Translations under genes and position numbers: made by a program
Notes under the pieces: generated by a model
Seen by the model: the letters and a program-made list of their open reading frames with translations, nothing else
The model's database searches: none
Told to the model about the DNA's origin: nothing
Shown here: piece by piece, positions 9,192 through 16,483 of the stretch
Numbering within the stretch: the stretch's first letter is position 1
Layout of the letters: each line of letters starts with the position of its first letter
IMG/VR virus record: IMGVR_UViG_3300035208_008180
Reading direction: 5' to 3' (one strand)
DNA: 64,000 bases
Source of the DNA: a virus
Lineage: Duplodnaviria; Caudoviricetes

Positions 9192-9263
9192 AGCTACTTA
9201 TTGGAATTACACCAATGCCTTCGCATTACGAGTGCGATATACTGCTGACTATACGAAAGTAGC
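9192..9263 (-). tRNA. tRNA-Thr(CGT), non-canonical T loop
   Basis: Acceptor GCTACTT/AAGTAGC; TCGCA-CTCGTAA-TGCGA; T loop TGTAATT. Confidence 0.8.
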
Positions 9264-9268
9264 ATAAG

Positions 9269-9354
9269 CGGAAGGTGTGGGAGTCGAACCCACAAGGCTT
9301 TTTACACTCGTCCGCTTTCCAAGCGGGTGCCGTCGCCAATCGGCTAGACCTTCC
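9269..9354 (-). tRNA. tRNA-Ser(GGA)
   Basis: CCGC-TTGGAAA-GCGG; long V arm; G73. Confidence 0.92.
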
Positions 9355-9661
9355 TTTTAAACAACTCTGGATTTTCTGCTACAATGCGTTTTGTTTCTTC
9401 GTGACGCAACCGCCAATCCTCTTCTTCCTGGGCCATATCACGAATCAACTGCCCAGTAGCCAGAAATTTGTCCACACAATCATCACAGATGCCGAAAATA
9501 AATCGTTCTAAATCATGTCTCGACCCATAGCCAGCCATGAAACCATCCACGTTAGCATCATCCCAGCAACTGCTTTGCGGCGTGCCATCCGACGTTTCGG
9601 GGTAGGGTTGCAATTGCTTGCAACAGCCTATACAGAGGATTTTAACATCTTTTGCCTTCAT
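9344..9661 (-). CDS. Hypothetical Cys-containing protein
   Basis: GGAG RBS before MKAKDVK; stop inside tRNA-Ser(GGA). Confidence 0.6.
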   Translation of the reverse strand: MKAKDVKILCIGCCKQLQPYPETSDGTPQSSCWDDANVDGFMAGYGSRHDLERFIFGICDDCVDKFLATGQLIRDMAQEEEDWRLRHEETKRIVAENPELFKRKV

Positions 9662-9673
9662 TACAATCTCCAG

Positions 9674-9756
9674 CGGAAGCGACAGGATTCGAACCTGCAA
9701 CCCGTCTTAGGGGCAACGGTTTTCAAGACCGCCCGCTAACCATTCGCCTCGCTTCC
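9674..9756 (-). tRNA. tRNA-Ser(TGA)
   Basis: CGGT-CTTGAAA-ACCG; long V arm; G73. Confidence 0.92.
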
Positions 9757-10022
9757 TAATGAGCCTCAAATCCCTTCTTCTCAATATCCTGTTTAATTTG
9801 TTCTATTACCTTAGTTCTGTTCACATAAGATTGGATCACGTATTGTCTGCCACTTGATGTAGTCAATTCGTTTGTTTCCTCATCAAAAACTTTAGGTGTA
9901 GAAACAAACACCGATTTTCCATCTTCAAAATTAGGATGCCCATAGACTTGCCCAGATAGCCTCCAAACATCCATCCCACAACCTAATTCCATTTCGTATT
10001 TTGCATTTTCTAATATAACCAT
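9756..10022 (-). CDS. Conserved-looking phage hypothetical protein
   Basis: GQVYGHPNFEDG...TTSSGRQY. Confidence 0.65.
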   Translation of the reverse strand: MVILENAKYEMELGCGMDVWRLSGQVYGHPNFEDGKSVFVSTPKVFDEETNELTTSSGRQYVIQSYVNRTKVIEQIKQDIEKKGFEAH

Positions 10023-10447
10023 TAAAAATTTCCTTCTGTCATGGCTTTGACAAATGCTTTTGCCATCACCATCCCGCCAGTTGTGGGAACAAATCTCGCA
10101 ATTGGTGAATAAAAATCAGGATTGTTGGAAAAATGTGGATCAATACTACCTTGTGCCAATAAATCCGCCACTGTTCCCTCAGCATAGACCAAGATTTTTA
10201 CACCCTCAAAGTTTGTGCAATCAGGATATTTAATCCTGACAATCAAAAATTCTCCAATTTGTTCCGAATATAAAATCTCAAAATTCTTTGGATTAGGATT
10301 CGGAAATTTCTTTTTTGCCTTCCTCCTCCCCTGTGTTTGCACCTGACAAGTCTCTGGTGATTGCTGCTGGTTACAATTGCAATATACAACCGTTGGCTTA
10401 TCGTATGAAGAAGAACTGCCACCAAAACCAAGTCCCATGATTAGCAT
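10022..10447 (-). CDS. Hypothetical protein
   Basis: AGGAGG RBS; YPDCTNFEGVKILVY...DPHF. Confidence 0.65.
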   Translation of the reverse strand: MLIMGLGFGGSSSSYDKPTVVYCNCNQQQSPETCQVQTQGRRKAKKKFPNPNPKNFEILYSEQIGEFLIVRIKYPDCTNFEGVKILVYAEGTVADLLAQGSIDPHFSNNPDFYSPIARFVPTTGGMVMAKAFVKAMTEGNF

Positions 10448-11865
10448 GCCTCCTTTTGTAATTTAGCATCCCTGCGAGCTTTCTTTAATCTATTCGAACA
10501 ACTTACAGAGCAGGTTTCGTGAGTTGCTTTGCGTTTGGTGTACACTTTTTTACACACCAAACAACGAGCCGTTTTTTTTGCCACTGAAGCTTTGAAACAT
10601 TCTTGGCTGCAAAATCTTGATTGGGCTTTTGTTCTTGCATGAAACTTTTGACGACAAAATTCACAACAGTAAATTGGCCACGATTGTTTTCGACATTCTT
10701 CACTGCAATACTTGGCACCATTTGATTGTTTGGAAAGAATCTTAAATATATTGCCACAAATTTTGCATTTCTTTTTTGTCAAAAGTCCTTTTGCCGATGC
10801 CTCTACATTCTCTTTCTTTAACTGTTGGATTTTATAATAATCAGTGTTCCAACACTTTTTACTGCAATACATTTGTGTGGCATAATTTACGCCAAATTCT
10901 TTTTTGCAACAAATGCAAATTCTTTTGTTTTTTCCACGTTTTCTGTGTTTTTCTGCCCACCAAGCATTACAACATTTTTTTGAGCAAAATAATGAAATAT
11001 AGGATTTTGGCTTAAATATATTCCCACAATTCTTGCAGGGACGTGGATTCAGCAGTTCTGGGAACTTTCGCCTCACCAAGCTTTTGCATTTTACACTACA
11101 ATATATCTTTCTAGAGGTTGGTACATCAAACACGTTTCCACAAATACATATCCTGCGTTGCTCTAGCCACCGCAACACTTTTTTCAAACGTATGCGAATT
11201 GCTTCTTTGGTTAGTCCTAATTCATCGCCTATCTCTTTAAGGGTCATTCTGCGACCCTTCAAACCGTAATATCGAAAAAGGACATCTCTGTATTTTTTAG
11301 GTATTTGTTTACGACGCACTAAAGACAACACTTCGTCAACCTGTTTTGCAACTTCGCTTTGTTGTCCTCTGTTAATATTATCAATTGGCTCTAAGGTTTT
11401 GTCTTCTTCAATACAACAACTAAAAGACCCAACAGTTTTTACTTTATTTATTTGTTGAAGAAGGGCTTCGTCTTTTGAAGATATTTCTTCTTTATCTTGA
11501 GATAGCCGAAATGCTCTTTTGTTTGCCCATTGCGGGATATAAATAATTTTTTTCTGAGCACGGGCATCATTTATAGCATGTTCAACCGCTGTGCTGACAT
11601 AAGTTGACAGCTTTGCTGTGATTCCATCCCAATGATCTACAGCACGACATATGGCTATGCTGGCTTCTGTTAAAAACTCATCATCTATTTCTTTGCCCTT
11701 ACAGGCGTCTCTTACTTTGCTAAACGCTAGACGCAAACAAGATTCGATGAGCTTGTGTCTTGCTTCTTGGTTGCCTGCCTTTGCTTTTGGAAGCAATTCC
11801 AAACACTCTTGATGACTTAGTATTTTGACATGTTTTAAATCATTTAAATAAGCATCAATATCCAC
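10441..11865 (-). CDS. Sigma-70-family factor fused to six C-terminal CxxC...CSxxC Zn-finger repeats
   Basis: Region 1.2/2 (AYLNDLKHVKILS...EARHKLIESCLRL) and region 4 HTH (MTLKEIGDELGLTKEAIR); GTG start at 11865 after AGGAAG. Confidence 0.85.
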   Translation of the reverse strand: MDIDAYLNDLKHVKILSHQECLELLPKAKAGNQEARHKLIESCLRLAFSKVRDACKGKEIDDEFLTEASIAICRAVDHWDGITAKLSTYVSTAVEHAINDARAQKKIIYIPQWANKRAFRLSQDKEEISSKDEALLQQINKVKTVGSFSCCIEEDKTLEPIDNINRGQQSEVAKQVDEVLSLVRRKQIPKKYRDVLFRYYGLKGRRMTLKEIGDELGLTKEAIRIRLKKVLRWLEQRRICICGNVFDVPTSRKIYCSVKCKSLVRRKFPELLNPRPCKNCGNIFKPKSYISLFCSKKCCNAWWAEKHRKRGKNKRICICCKKEFGVNYATQMYCSKKCWNTDYYKIQQLKKENVEASAKGLLTKKKCKICGNIFKILSKQSNGAKYCSEECRKQSWPIYCCEFCRQKFHARTKAQSRFCSQECFKASVAKKTARCLVCKKVYTKRKATHETCSVSCSNRLKKARRDAKLQKEAC

Positions 11866-11900
11866 AATAAACTTCCTTGTGTTTGTATCATCTTGCAGAG

Positions 11901-11976
11901 TAGCACCAGGGGGATTCGAACCCACCACTACCCAGTGTTTAAAACTGGTGACTTCTGCCAATTGGTCTATGGTGCC
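11901..11976 (-). tRNA. tRNA-Leu(TAA), short variable loop
   Basis: CCAGT-TTTAAAC-ACTGG; G1-U72; A73. Confidence 0.85.
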
Positions 11977-11981
11977 ATGAG

Positions 11982-12055
11982 TAGCGAGGAGGGGATTCGA
12001 ACCCCTACTGTCTGGTTCCTAAGACCAGTGCCGCTGCCAATTGGGCTACCTCGCC
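11982..12055 (-). tRNA. tRNA-Leu(TAG), short variable loop
   Basis: CTGGT-CTTAGGA-ACCAG. Confidence 0.88.
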
Positions 12056-12057
12056 AT

Positions 12058-12375
12058 TTATGATTGTTCTATATCCTGAACATCAACTCTTTTCCTAAGT
12101 TCTTTGAAAATTTCGTGTGCAGCTTCTTTTCCAGTTGTTGCAGCATCAAGCTTCTTTATCAATTCTGTTGTGCCTAATTTCCACACAGCATATTCTTCAT
12201 CGGTTTCACAGAGTATTAAATTCAGTTTACCAAACCGAACTACAGTCGAATGAGGATTGTCAGACAACCTTCGTAACGATTGTGCTGTTCCTGTGTTGAC
12301 TCGGATAACAAGGTCTACATCTGAGTTTGCGTTTGGCTTGCCGTAAGCTCTACTGCCCGTAATAAATGCGTTCAT
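12058..12375 (-). CDS. Minimal nucleotidyltransferase (MNT / Pol-beta family)
   Basis: FITGSRAYG-x5-SDVDLVI (GS...DxD motif). Confidence 0.8.
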   Translation of the reverse strand: MNAFITGSRAYGKPNANSDVDLVIRVNTGTAQSLRRLSDNPHSTVVRFGKLNLILCETDEEYAVWKLGTTELIKKLDAATTGKEAAHEIFKELRKRVDVQDIEQS

Positions 12376-12650
12376 TTTTTTACCTTGTCATCGTTCACTG
12401 GCCAATGCTTTCTGCCTTCTGAAACATGCTCTAATGCTTCTCGGATTATTTCAGGTGATTCCTCAATCTCAACAAAAGCCCACCCTGGCGGGCAATTGCC
12501 TACATTTTTCTTGGGAGATACCATCACCCCCAAGTGTTCGCCACAAGTTGCTAGCCCGCCACCAATCGATTTGAGAAATTCCGCATAACTGAGATTATCT
12601 GGAACTTCCAAATCATTCCCATGTTCATCCTTGCGACCAATGACTTTCAT
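12372..12650 (-). CDS. Hypothetical protein
   Basis: GGAG RBS before MKVIGRK. Confidence 0.55.
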   Translation of the reverse strand: MKVIGRKDEHGNDLEVPDNLSYAEFLKSIGGGLATCGEHLGVMVSPKKNVGNCPPGWAFVEIEESPEIIREALEHVSEGRKHWPVNDDKVKK

Positions 12651-12662
12651 TTTTTCTCCAAG

Positions 12663-12748
12663 CGGAAACGGAGGGAGTCGAACCCCCAAGGCTTTTTACA
12701 CTCATCTGTTTTCAGAACAGGTTTCGTCACCAATCGATTTGCGTTTCC
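12663..12748 (-). tRNA. tRNA-Ser(TGA) with C33
   Basis: Same V arm as Ser(GGA); CTGT-TCTGAAA-ACAG; G73. Confidence 0.75.
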
Positions 12749-12753
12749 GAAAG

Positions 12754-12827
12754 TAGCACCAGAAGGATTCGAACCTTCACTGAACAGTGTTTGAAACTGT
12801 TGCCGCTGCCAATTGGGCTATGGTGCC
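12754..12827 (-). tRNA. tRNA-Leu(CAA), short variable loop
   Basis: ACAGT-TTCAAAC-ACTGT. Confidence 0.88.
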
Positions 12828-12832
12828 ATAAG

Positions 12833-12906
12833 TAGCATCGGTGGGATTCGAACCCACAACCTCTACATTTTGAGTGTAGCGACTCTGCCAGTTGGTCTAC
12901 GATGCC
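12833..12906 (-). tRNA. tRNA-Leu(CAA), short variable loop
   Basis: CTACA-CTCAAAA-TGTAG. Confidence 0.88.
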
Positions 12907-12912
12907 AAAATA

Positions 12913-13608
12913 TCAAACAACCCCTAGTTGTGTCAGGATTGTCGCATGTTGCTCAGTCATGGTTGTCAGTTGTGTATTGAGGGATGCAAGTGATGCTTCC
13001 AAATCCGACTTCTCTGCCAGTATTACAGCATGCTGTTCTGTCAAGACTGCTAATTGTGCATTTAAAGATTCAAGAGATGCTTCCAAATCTGCTTTTTCTA
13101 TCAACAGTTCTTCCGCTGGTGTTTCTCCACTTGCATCAATGCCCGCATTTACAACCACCAGTCTTTCAGTCTTTGTTAGTATGTCAGCATTTATCAGGTC
13201 AATAGATGCTCCACTTGCATCAACGCTCGCACTTACAACTGCCAGTCTTTCAGTATTTGTTTGTATGCCAGGATTTATCGCATTTATTGCGGCAACAAGT
13301 TGTCGCAATTGATATTCTAATGAAAACAGTAATGCCATGCCCCCAACAACTTGAGCAGCTAAAGGGTGAGTATAAACCAATTCCCAAATATTATCAAAAA
13401 ATTCAACTTTGTCCTGATCTGCACCCGGATATAGTTGTTTTGTGGTGTAATTGTAGGGTCTAAAAACAATTGTCAATGGTTGTTTTGTAGCATCAACGTT
13501 TATCGTTTGCACGTTAAATGCCACAATATAAAGCTCGTTATACACAGCCTCAACAGTGGCAGGAACTATTAGTGGGCTTGGATTAGGAATCAGAGGTAAA
13601 TCAGCCAT
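12913..13608 (-). CDS. Coiled-coil protein with two pairs of internal repeats
   Basis: TERLxVVxAxxDASG twice and EKxDLEASLxSLNxQL...TEQHA twice. Confidence 0.7.
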   Translation of the reverse strand: MADLPLIPNPSPLIVPATVEAVYNELYIVAFNVQTINVDATKQPLTIVFRPYNYTTKQLYPGADQDKVEFFDNIWELVYTHPLAAQVVGGMALLFSLEYQLRQLVAAINAINPGIQTNTERLAVVSASVDASGASIDLINADILTKTERLVVVNAGIDASGETPAEELLIEKADLEASLESLNAQLAVLTEQHAVILAEKSDLEASLASLNTQLTTMTEQHATILTQLGVV

Positions 13609-13622
13609 ATTTTTTCCTTTGT

Positions 13623-13832
13623 TTAATTCAAATGTACTGTACCACGACCTTTGGTGGTTCTTACGATTTTTGTTATACCATCTTTTTCAACTTTTACAAT
13701 ACGAAGTGGATCACTTGGATACAAAGAGTCAAATGCGTCTACATAACCATCGCAATAAGCTCTTGTTTTATGCTCTATAAAAGATACTTTACGCCATCCA
13801 AGATCGCCACTGTTTCTCTCTACGTAATACAT
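13623..13832 (-). CDS. Hypothetical protein
   Basis: GGAG RBS before MYYVER. Confidence 0.55.
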   Translation of the reverse strand: MYYVERNSGDLGWRKVSFIEHKTRAYCDGYVDAFDSLYPSDPLRIVKVEKDGITKIVRTTKGRGTVHLN

Positions 13833-13845
13833 TTTTTTCTCCAAG

Positions 13846-13920
13846 TGCCACGAGCGAGATTCGAACTCGCACTGTCTAGTATCTCGGACTAGCGACTCCT
13901 ACCAATTGGTCTACCGTGGC
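13846..13920 (-). tRNA. tRNA-Leu(GAG), short variable loop, C33
   Basis: CTAGT-CCGAGAT-ACTAG. Confidence 0.8.
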
Positions 13921-13925
13921 GTACA

Positions 13926-14081
13926 TCACATATAATGATCTTGATCTTTTTCTCGCCAATATTCATCCTCTTTTTGCCGATACTCAGCATACTCTGCGTT
14001 TGTATAGTATTGATACGATCCACAGGCACACGGATTACAATTACATATTCTGCATACTGCTGCATTATCTATATCATTCAT
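13926..14081 (-). CDS. Small Cys-rich ORF (51 aa)
   Basis: MNDIDNAAVCRICNCNPCACG...; fills the gap between two tRNAs. Confidence 0.4.
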   Translation of the reverse strand: MNDIDNAAVCRICNCNPCACGSYQYYTNAEYAEYRQKEDEYWREKDQDHYM

Positions 14082-14104
14082 TATTATTTCTCGGGTGTGT
14101 AAAG

Positions 14105-14178
14105 TAGCGAGGAGGGGATTCGAACCCCTACTGGATAGTTCCTGAAACTATTGCCGCTGCCAATTGGGCTACCTCGCC
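14105..14178 (-). tRNA. tRNA-Leu(CAG), short variable loop
   Basis: ATAGT-TTCAGGA-ACTAT; body almost identical to Leu(TAG). Confidence 0.88.
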
Positions 14179-14184
14179 ATAAAG

Positions 14185-14262
14185 TGGCTGTGGCGGGTCT
14201 CGAAGCCGCAAAACATCACAAAGTTCTGGACTTTGCCGCTTTTCCGATTTGCGTACACAGCC
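14185..14262 (-). tRNA. Atypical tRNA-Leu(CAG): C33, 9-nt variable loop, T-stem mismatch
   Basis: Acceptor GGCTGTG/CACAGCC; CAAAG-TCCAGAA-CTTTG. Confidence 0.65.
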
Positions 14263-14267
14263 ATAAG

Positions 14268-14350
14268 TGCCCAAGGAGGGACTTGAACCCTCAAGAGATT
14301 TCTCTCGCCAGATTTTGAGTCTGGTGCGGTTGCCATTTCGCCACCTGGGC
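14268..14350 (-). tRNA. tRNA-Leu(CAA), long V arm
   Basis: CCAGA-CTCAAAA-TCTGG. Confidence 0.92.
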
Positions 14351-14355
14351 ATAAG

Positions 14356-14427
14356 TGGAGCAGGTGGGTATCGCACCCACGTCTACAGCTTTTCAGACTG
14401 TCACTAATCTACCTCAGTTACTGCTCC
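14356..14427 (-). tRNA. tRNA-Phe(GAA), non-canonical T loop
   Basis: ACAGT-CTGAAAA-GCTGT; T loop TGCGATA. Confidence 0.8.
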
Positions 14428-14432
14428 ATAAG

Positions 14433-14505
14433 TGGTAGGGGTCGGAGTCGAACCGACACTTCCACGTTTTCAGCGTGGCACTCAGACCAGCTAAGTTACC
14501 CTACC
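14433..14505 (-). tRNA. tRNA-Phe(GAA)
   Basis: CCACG-CTGAAAA-CGTGG; GGTTCGACTCC. Confidence 0.9.
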
Positions 14506-14956
14506 TCATTCCATCATGTATTTCTCTATGACAATTACTACAAACAAGCACACATTTTTTTACTTCTTCGATAAGTTTGTCCCAACGTGCTAACATTCCT
14601 TTGCTGGAAAATCCAAAACTTTTTTCTTGTTTTTCATCCATGTTTTTGTGATGAAACTCAAGAGCCTTCATACAACGATTATACCCACATTCTGAACAAG
14701 CACCGCCACACATTTTGACTAATTCAATCTTTCTGTTCTTTCTGGCTTTTCTTTGCCATTTTTTATATTTTTCATTATCACGCTTTCTTTTTTCTTCAGT
14801 TGTTAGCGGGATATGTTGAATTTCTAGTTTTTTTGTGTTGCCACAACCAAAAGGCGAACATTCAAGGCAATATTTGCGATTGTGCAGGTTTCTTATTTTT
14901 CCATCTATTTTAAGTTTTGATGGGAACTTTTTTTTACATAATTTACATAATGGCAT
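14501..14956 (-). CDS. HNH endonuclease-like protein
   Basis: CSECGY...LEFHH...KCVLVCSNCHREIH. Confidence 0.8.
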   Translation of the reverse strand: MPLCKLCKKKFPSKLKIDGKIRNLHNRKYCLECSPFGCGNTKKLEIQHIPLTTEEKRKRDNEKYKKWQRKARKNRKIELVKMCGGACSECGYNRCMKALEFHHKNMDEKQEKSFGFSSKGMLARWDKLIEEVKKCVLVCSNCHREIHDGMR

Positions 14957-15030
14957 AGTTTTTCTCCTATGCTATTATGTAGTAAAGTAGTATCAAAAAA
15001 TCCAACTTTTTTAGGCTACTTTTTCCTCAG

Positions 15031-15123
15031 TGGGAAGTGACGGAATCGAACCGCTCAAAGTCATACCACCCCAAATTCTTTAACGACTAACAGATTTACA
15101 GTCTGCCTTGGGGAACACCTCCC
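15031..15123 (-). tRNA. tRNA-Tyr(GTA)-like RNA lacking a D arm, with an enlarged V arm
   Basis: Acceptor GGGAGGT/ACTTCCC-A; GCAGA-CTGTAAA-TCTGT; GGTTCGATTCC; only 10 nt between acceptor and anticodon stems. Confidence 0.75.
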
Positions 15124-15127
15124 ATTT

Positions 15128-15283
15128 TGGTTCTCAGTGTGTTATTACACCAAAGGCAAGAGCGACAATACACACTCTTTGCGACACCCAGTATTGTTCT
15201 TTCCAGGTGATTGCTTTTCGCCACGCAGCTAACGCTACCACTCTTTAAATGCTGGACACTCCTAATCCCACATCCTGAGAACC
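15128..15283 (-). ncRNA. Unknown ~156-nt multi-helix structured RNA
   Basis: Closing stem GGTTCTCAG/CTGAGAACC plus nested helices; spaced 3-4 nt from the flanking tRNAs. Confidence 0.65.
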
Positions 15284-15286
15284 AAG

Positions 15287-15368
15287 TGTGCCGAGCCGGA
15301 ATTGAACCGACAAGTCCCGAAGGAGTCTCGTTTACAGCGAGGTGGGCCTGCCAATGCCCAATCGACAC
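15287..15368 (-). tRNA. tRNA-Tyr(GTA)
   Basis: CTCG-CTGTAAA-CGAG; V arm with TTCG loop; A73. Confidence 0.9.
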
Positions 15369-15370
15369 AT

Positions 15371-15733
15371 TTATTTTTCTTTCAAGTAACCTTTTTCCTG
15401 TGCGTGTTTGTCACATAGGGTTTTAACCCAACCATTTTTGTTCGTGTGCCTACATCCTTGTTCACCACAAACTTCGCAAATATGATATGAATCTCTTTCT
15501 GCCTGTTCAATTAAATTTAGAACAGAATGAACATCCCCGCCACCAGTGTCAATTGAGTAGTAGAACCTAAGTCCTCCAAATTTTTCTTTTATTTGCAGAA
15601 CTTTTAAATCCACCTTATTGGCACGAATCGCCGTAAACAATCGATCTACAAGATCATTCCAACCTTCCGCTATGGCAATTTCCACATAGCCTGTTGCTGG
15701 GAAAAACTCAGGATATTTTTCCTTGAAATTCAT
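15371..15733 (-). CDS. Phage hypothetical protein (QIKEKFGGLRFY family)
   Basis: Motif plus C-terminal CEVC...LCDKH. Confidence 0.7.
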   Translation of the reverse strand: MNFKEKYPEFFPATGYVEIAIAEGWNDLVDRLFTAIRANKVDLKVLQIKEKFGGLRFYYSIDTGGGDVHSVLNLIEQAERDSYHICEVCGEQGCRHTNKNGWVKTLCDKHAQEKGYLKEK

Positions 15734-16044
15734 TTCTTTTTACCAAAAATTTTCTTGTGGGCTTGCATGTATTTGTTTGTTCTCTCTGCCCAATCTTTTA
15801 TGATTGCTTCAATTTTATTTTGTGAAACCCTTGTTCCAATCAACGCATCCGTTCCCTTGTATTGGCCAGCATAACGATGGTGTTTCGTAAGCATATTTGC
15901 TAGTTCATCTGCCAAAAGTGTAGCATCATCCAAATCCTCTCTACAACCAGCCGCCTCTATTTTACCATTAGTATGAACCGCATAAGCATAATAAAGTGGC
16001 GGGCATTGTTTATCAACATACACTTGTGGGTTCCAACGGGGCAT
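15730..16044 (-). CDS. Hypothetical protein
   Basis: Operon packing. Confidence 0.55.
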   Translation of the reverse strand: MPRWNPQVYVDKQCPPLYYAYAVHTNGKIEAAGCREDLDDATLLADELANMLTKHHRYAGQYKGTDALIGTRVSQNKIEAIIKDWAERTNKYMQAHKKIFGKKK

Positions 16045-16047
16045 TTT

Positions 16048-16365
16048 CTATTCCTGTATTTGCTTGATAACCATGAAATGTTGTTTTTTGCCGATTCGAA
16101 TTATTCCCCATCCTGGCCAAATGAATTTAACCAGCGATTCAGGATCGGTTACTTTTTCGCCATTCCAAGACAAAGAACCTTCTTTAACTTTGCGTCTAAC
16201 TTCACTGATGCTTGGTAAGGCACCGCCATCAACACAAATCTGTGCTATTTTTCCATCCTGCACTGTTTTAGGACGCATCCACCACCACATGCTGGCAAAT
16301 GTTTCTTGACAAACAGCCTTGGGCTTGTTTAGTATTTCCCATAATTCATCAAATGTCAACATCAT
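16048..16365 (-). CDS. Stand-alone S4-like RNA-binding domain resembling the TyrRS C-terminus
   Basis: SISEVRRKVKEGSLSWNGEKVTDP...IIRIGKKQHF; GGAG RBS before ATG 16365. Confidence 0.7.
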   Translation of the reverse strand: MMLTFDELWEILNKPKAVCQETFASMWWWMRPKTVQDGKIAQICVDGGALPSISEVRRKVKEGSLSWNGEKVTDPESLVKFIWPGWGIIRIGKKQHFMVIKQIQE

Positions 16366-16379
16366 AATTTCTCCAAAAG

Positions 16380-16468
16380 CGGAAGTGACTAGAATCGAAC
16401 TAGCACTGGCTTTGACACCAGAACGGTTTAGCAAACCGCCGCAACAAACCAATATTTGCCTCACTTCC
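16380..16468 (-). tRNA. tRNA-Ser(GCT)
   Basis: GCGGT-TTGCTAA-ACCGT; long V arm; G73. Confidence 0.92.
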
Positions 16469-16483
16469 GAAGGCGTTTTTCAA

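Noticed and set aside
12663-12748. Reading this tRNA as Gln(CTG)
   Set aside because: Stem register, V arm and G73 match the Ser(GGA) paralog, so the centred anticodon is TGA
15128-15283. tmRNA, 5S, SRP, 6S or intron-containing tRNA identity for the structured RNA
   Set aside because: No T-arm consensus, tag ORF, SRP loop motif or 6S-like unbranched rod was recognisable
7310-16464. N-terminal extensions of track ORFs starting at 7441, 8459, 9700, 11961, 12689 and 16464, and ORFs 14128-14376 and 15096-15368
   Set aside because: They run through tRNA/ncRNA genes; downstream starts give coherent proteins
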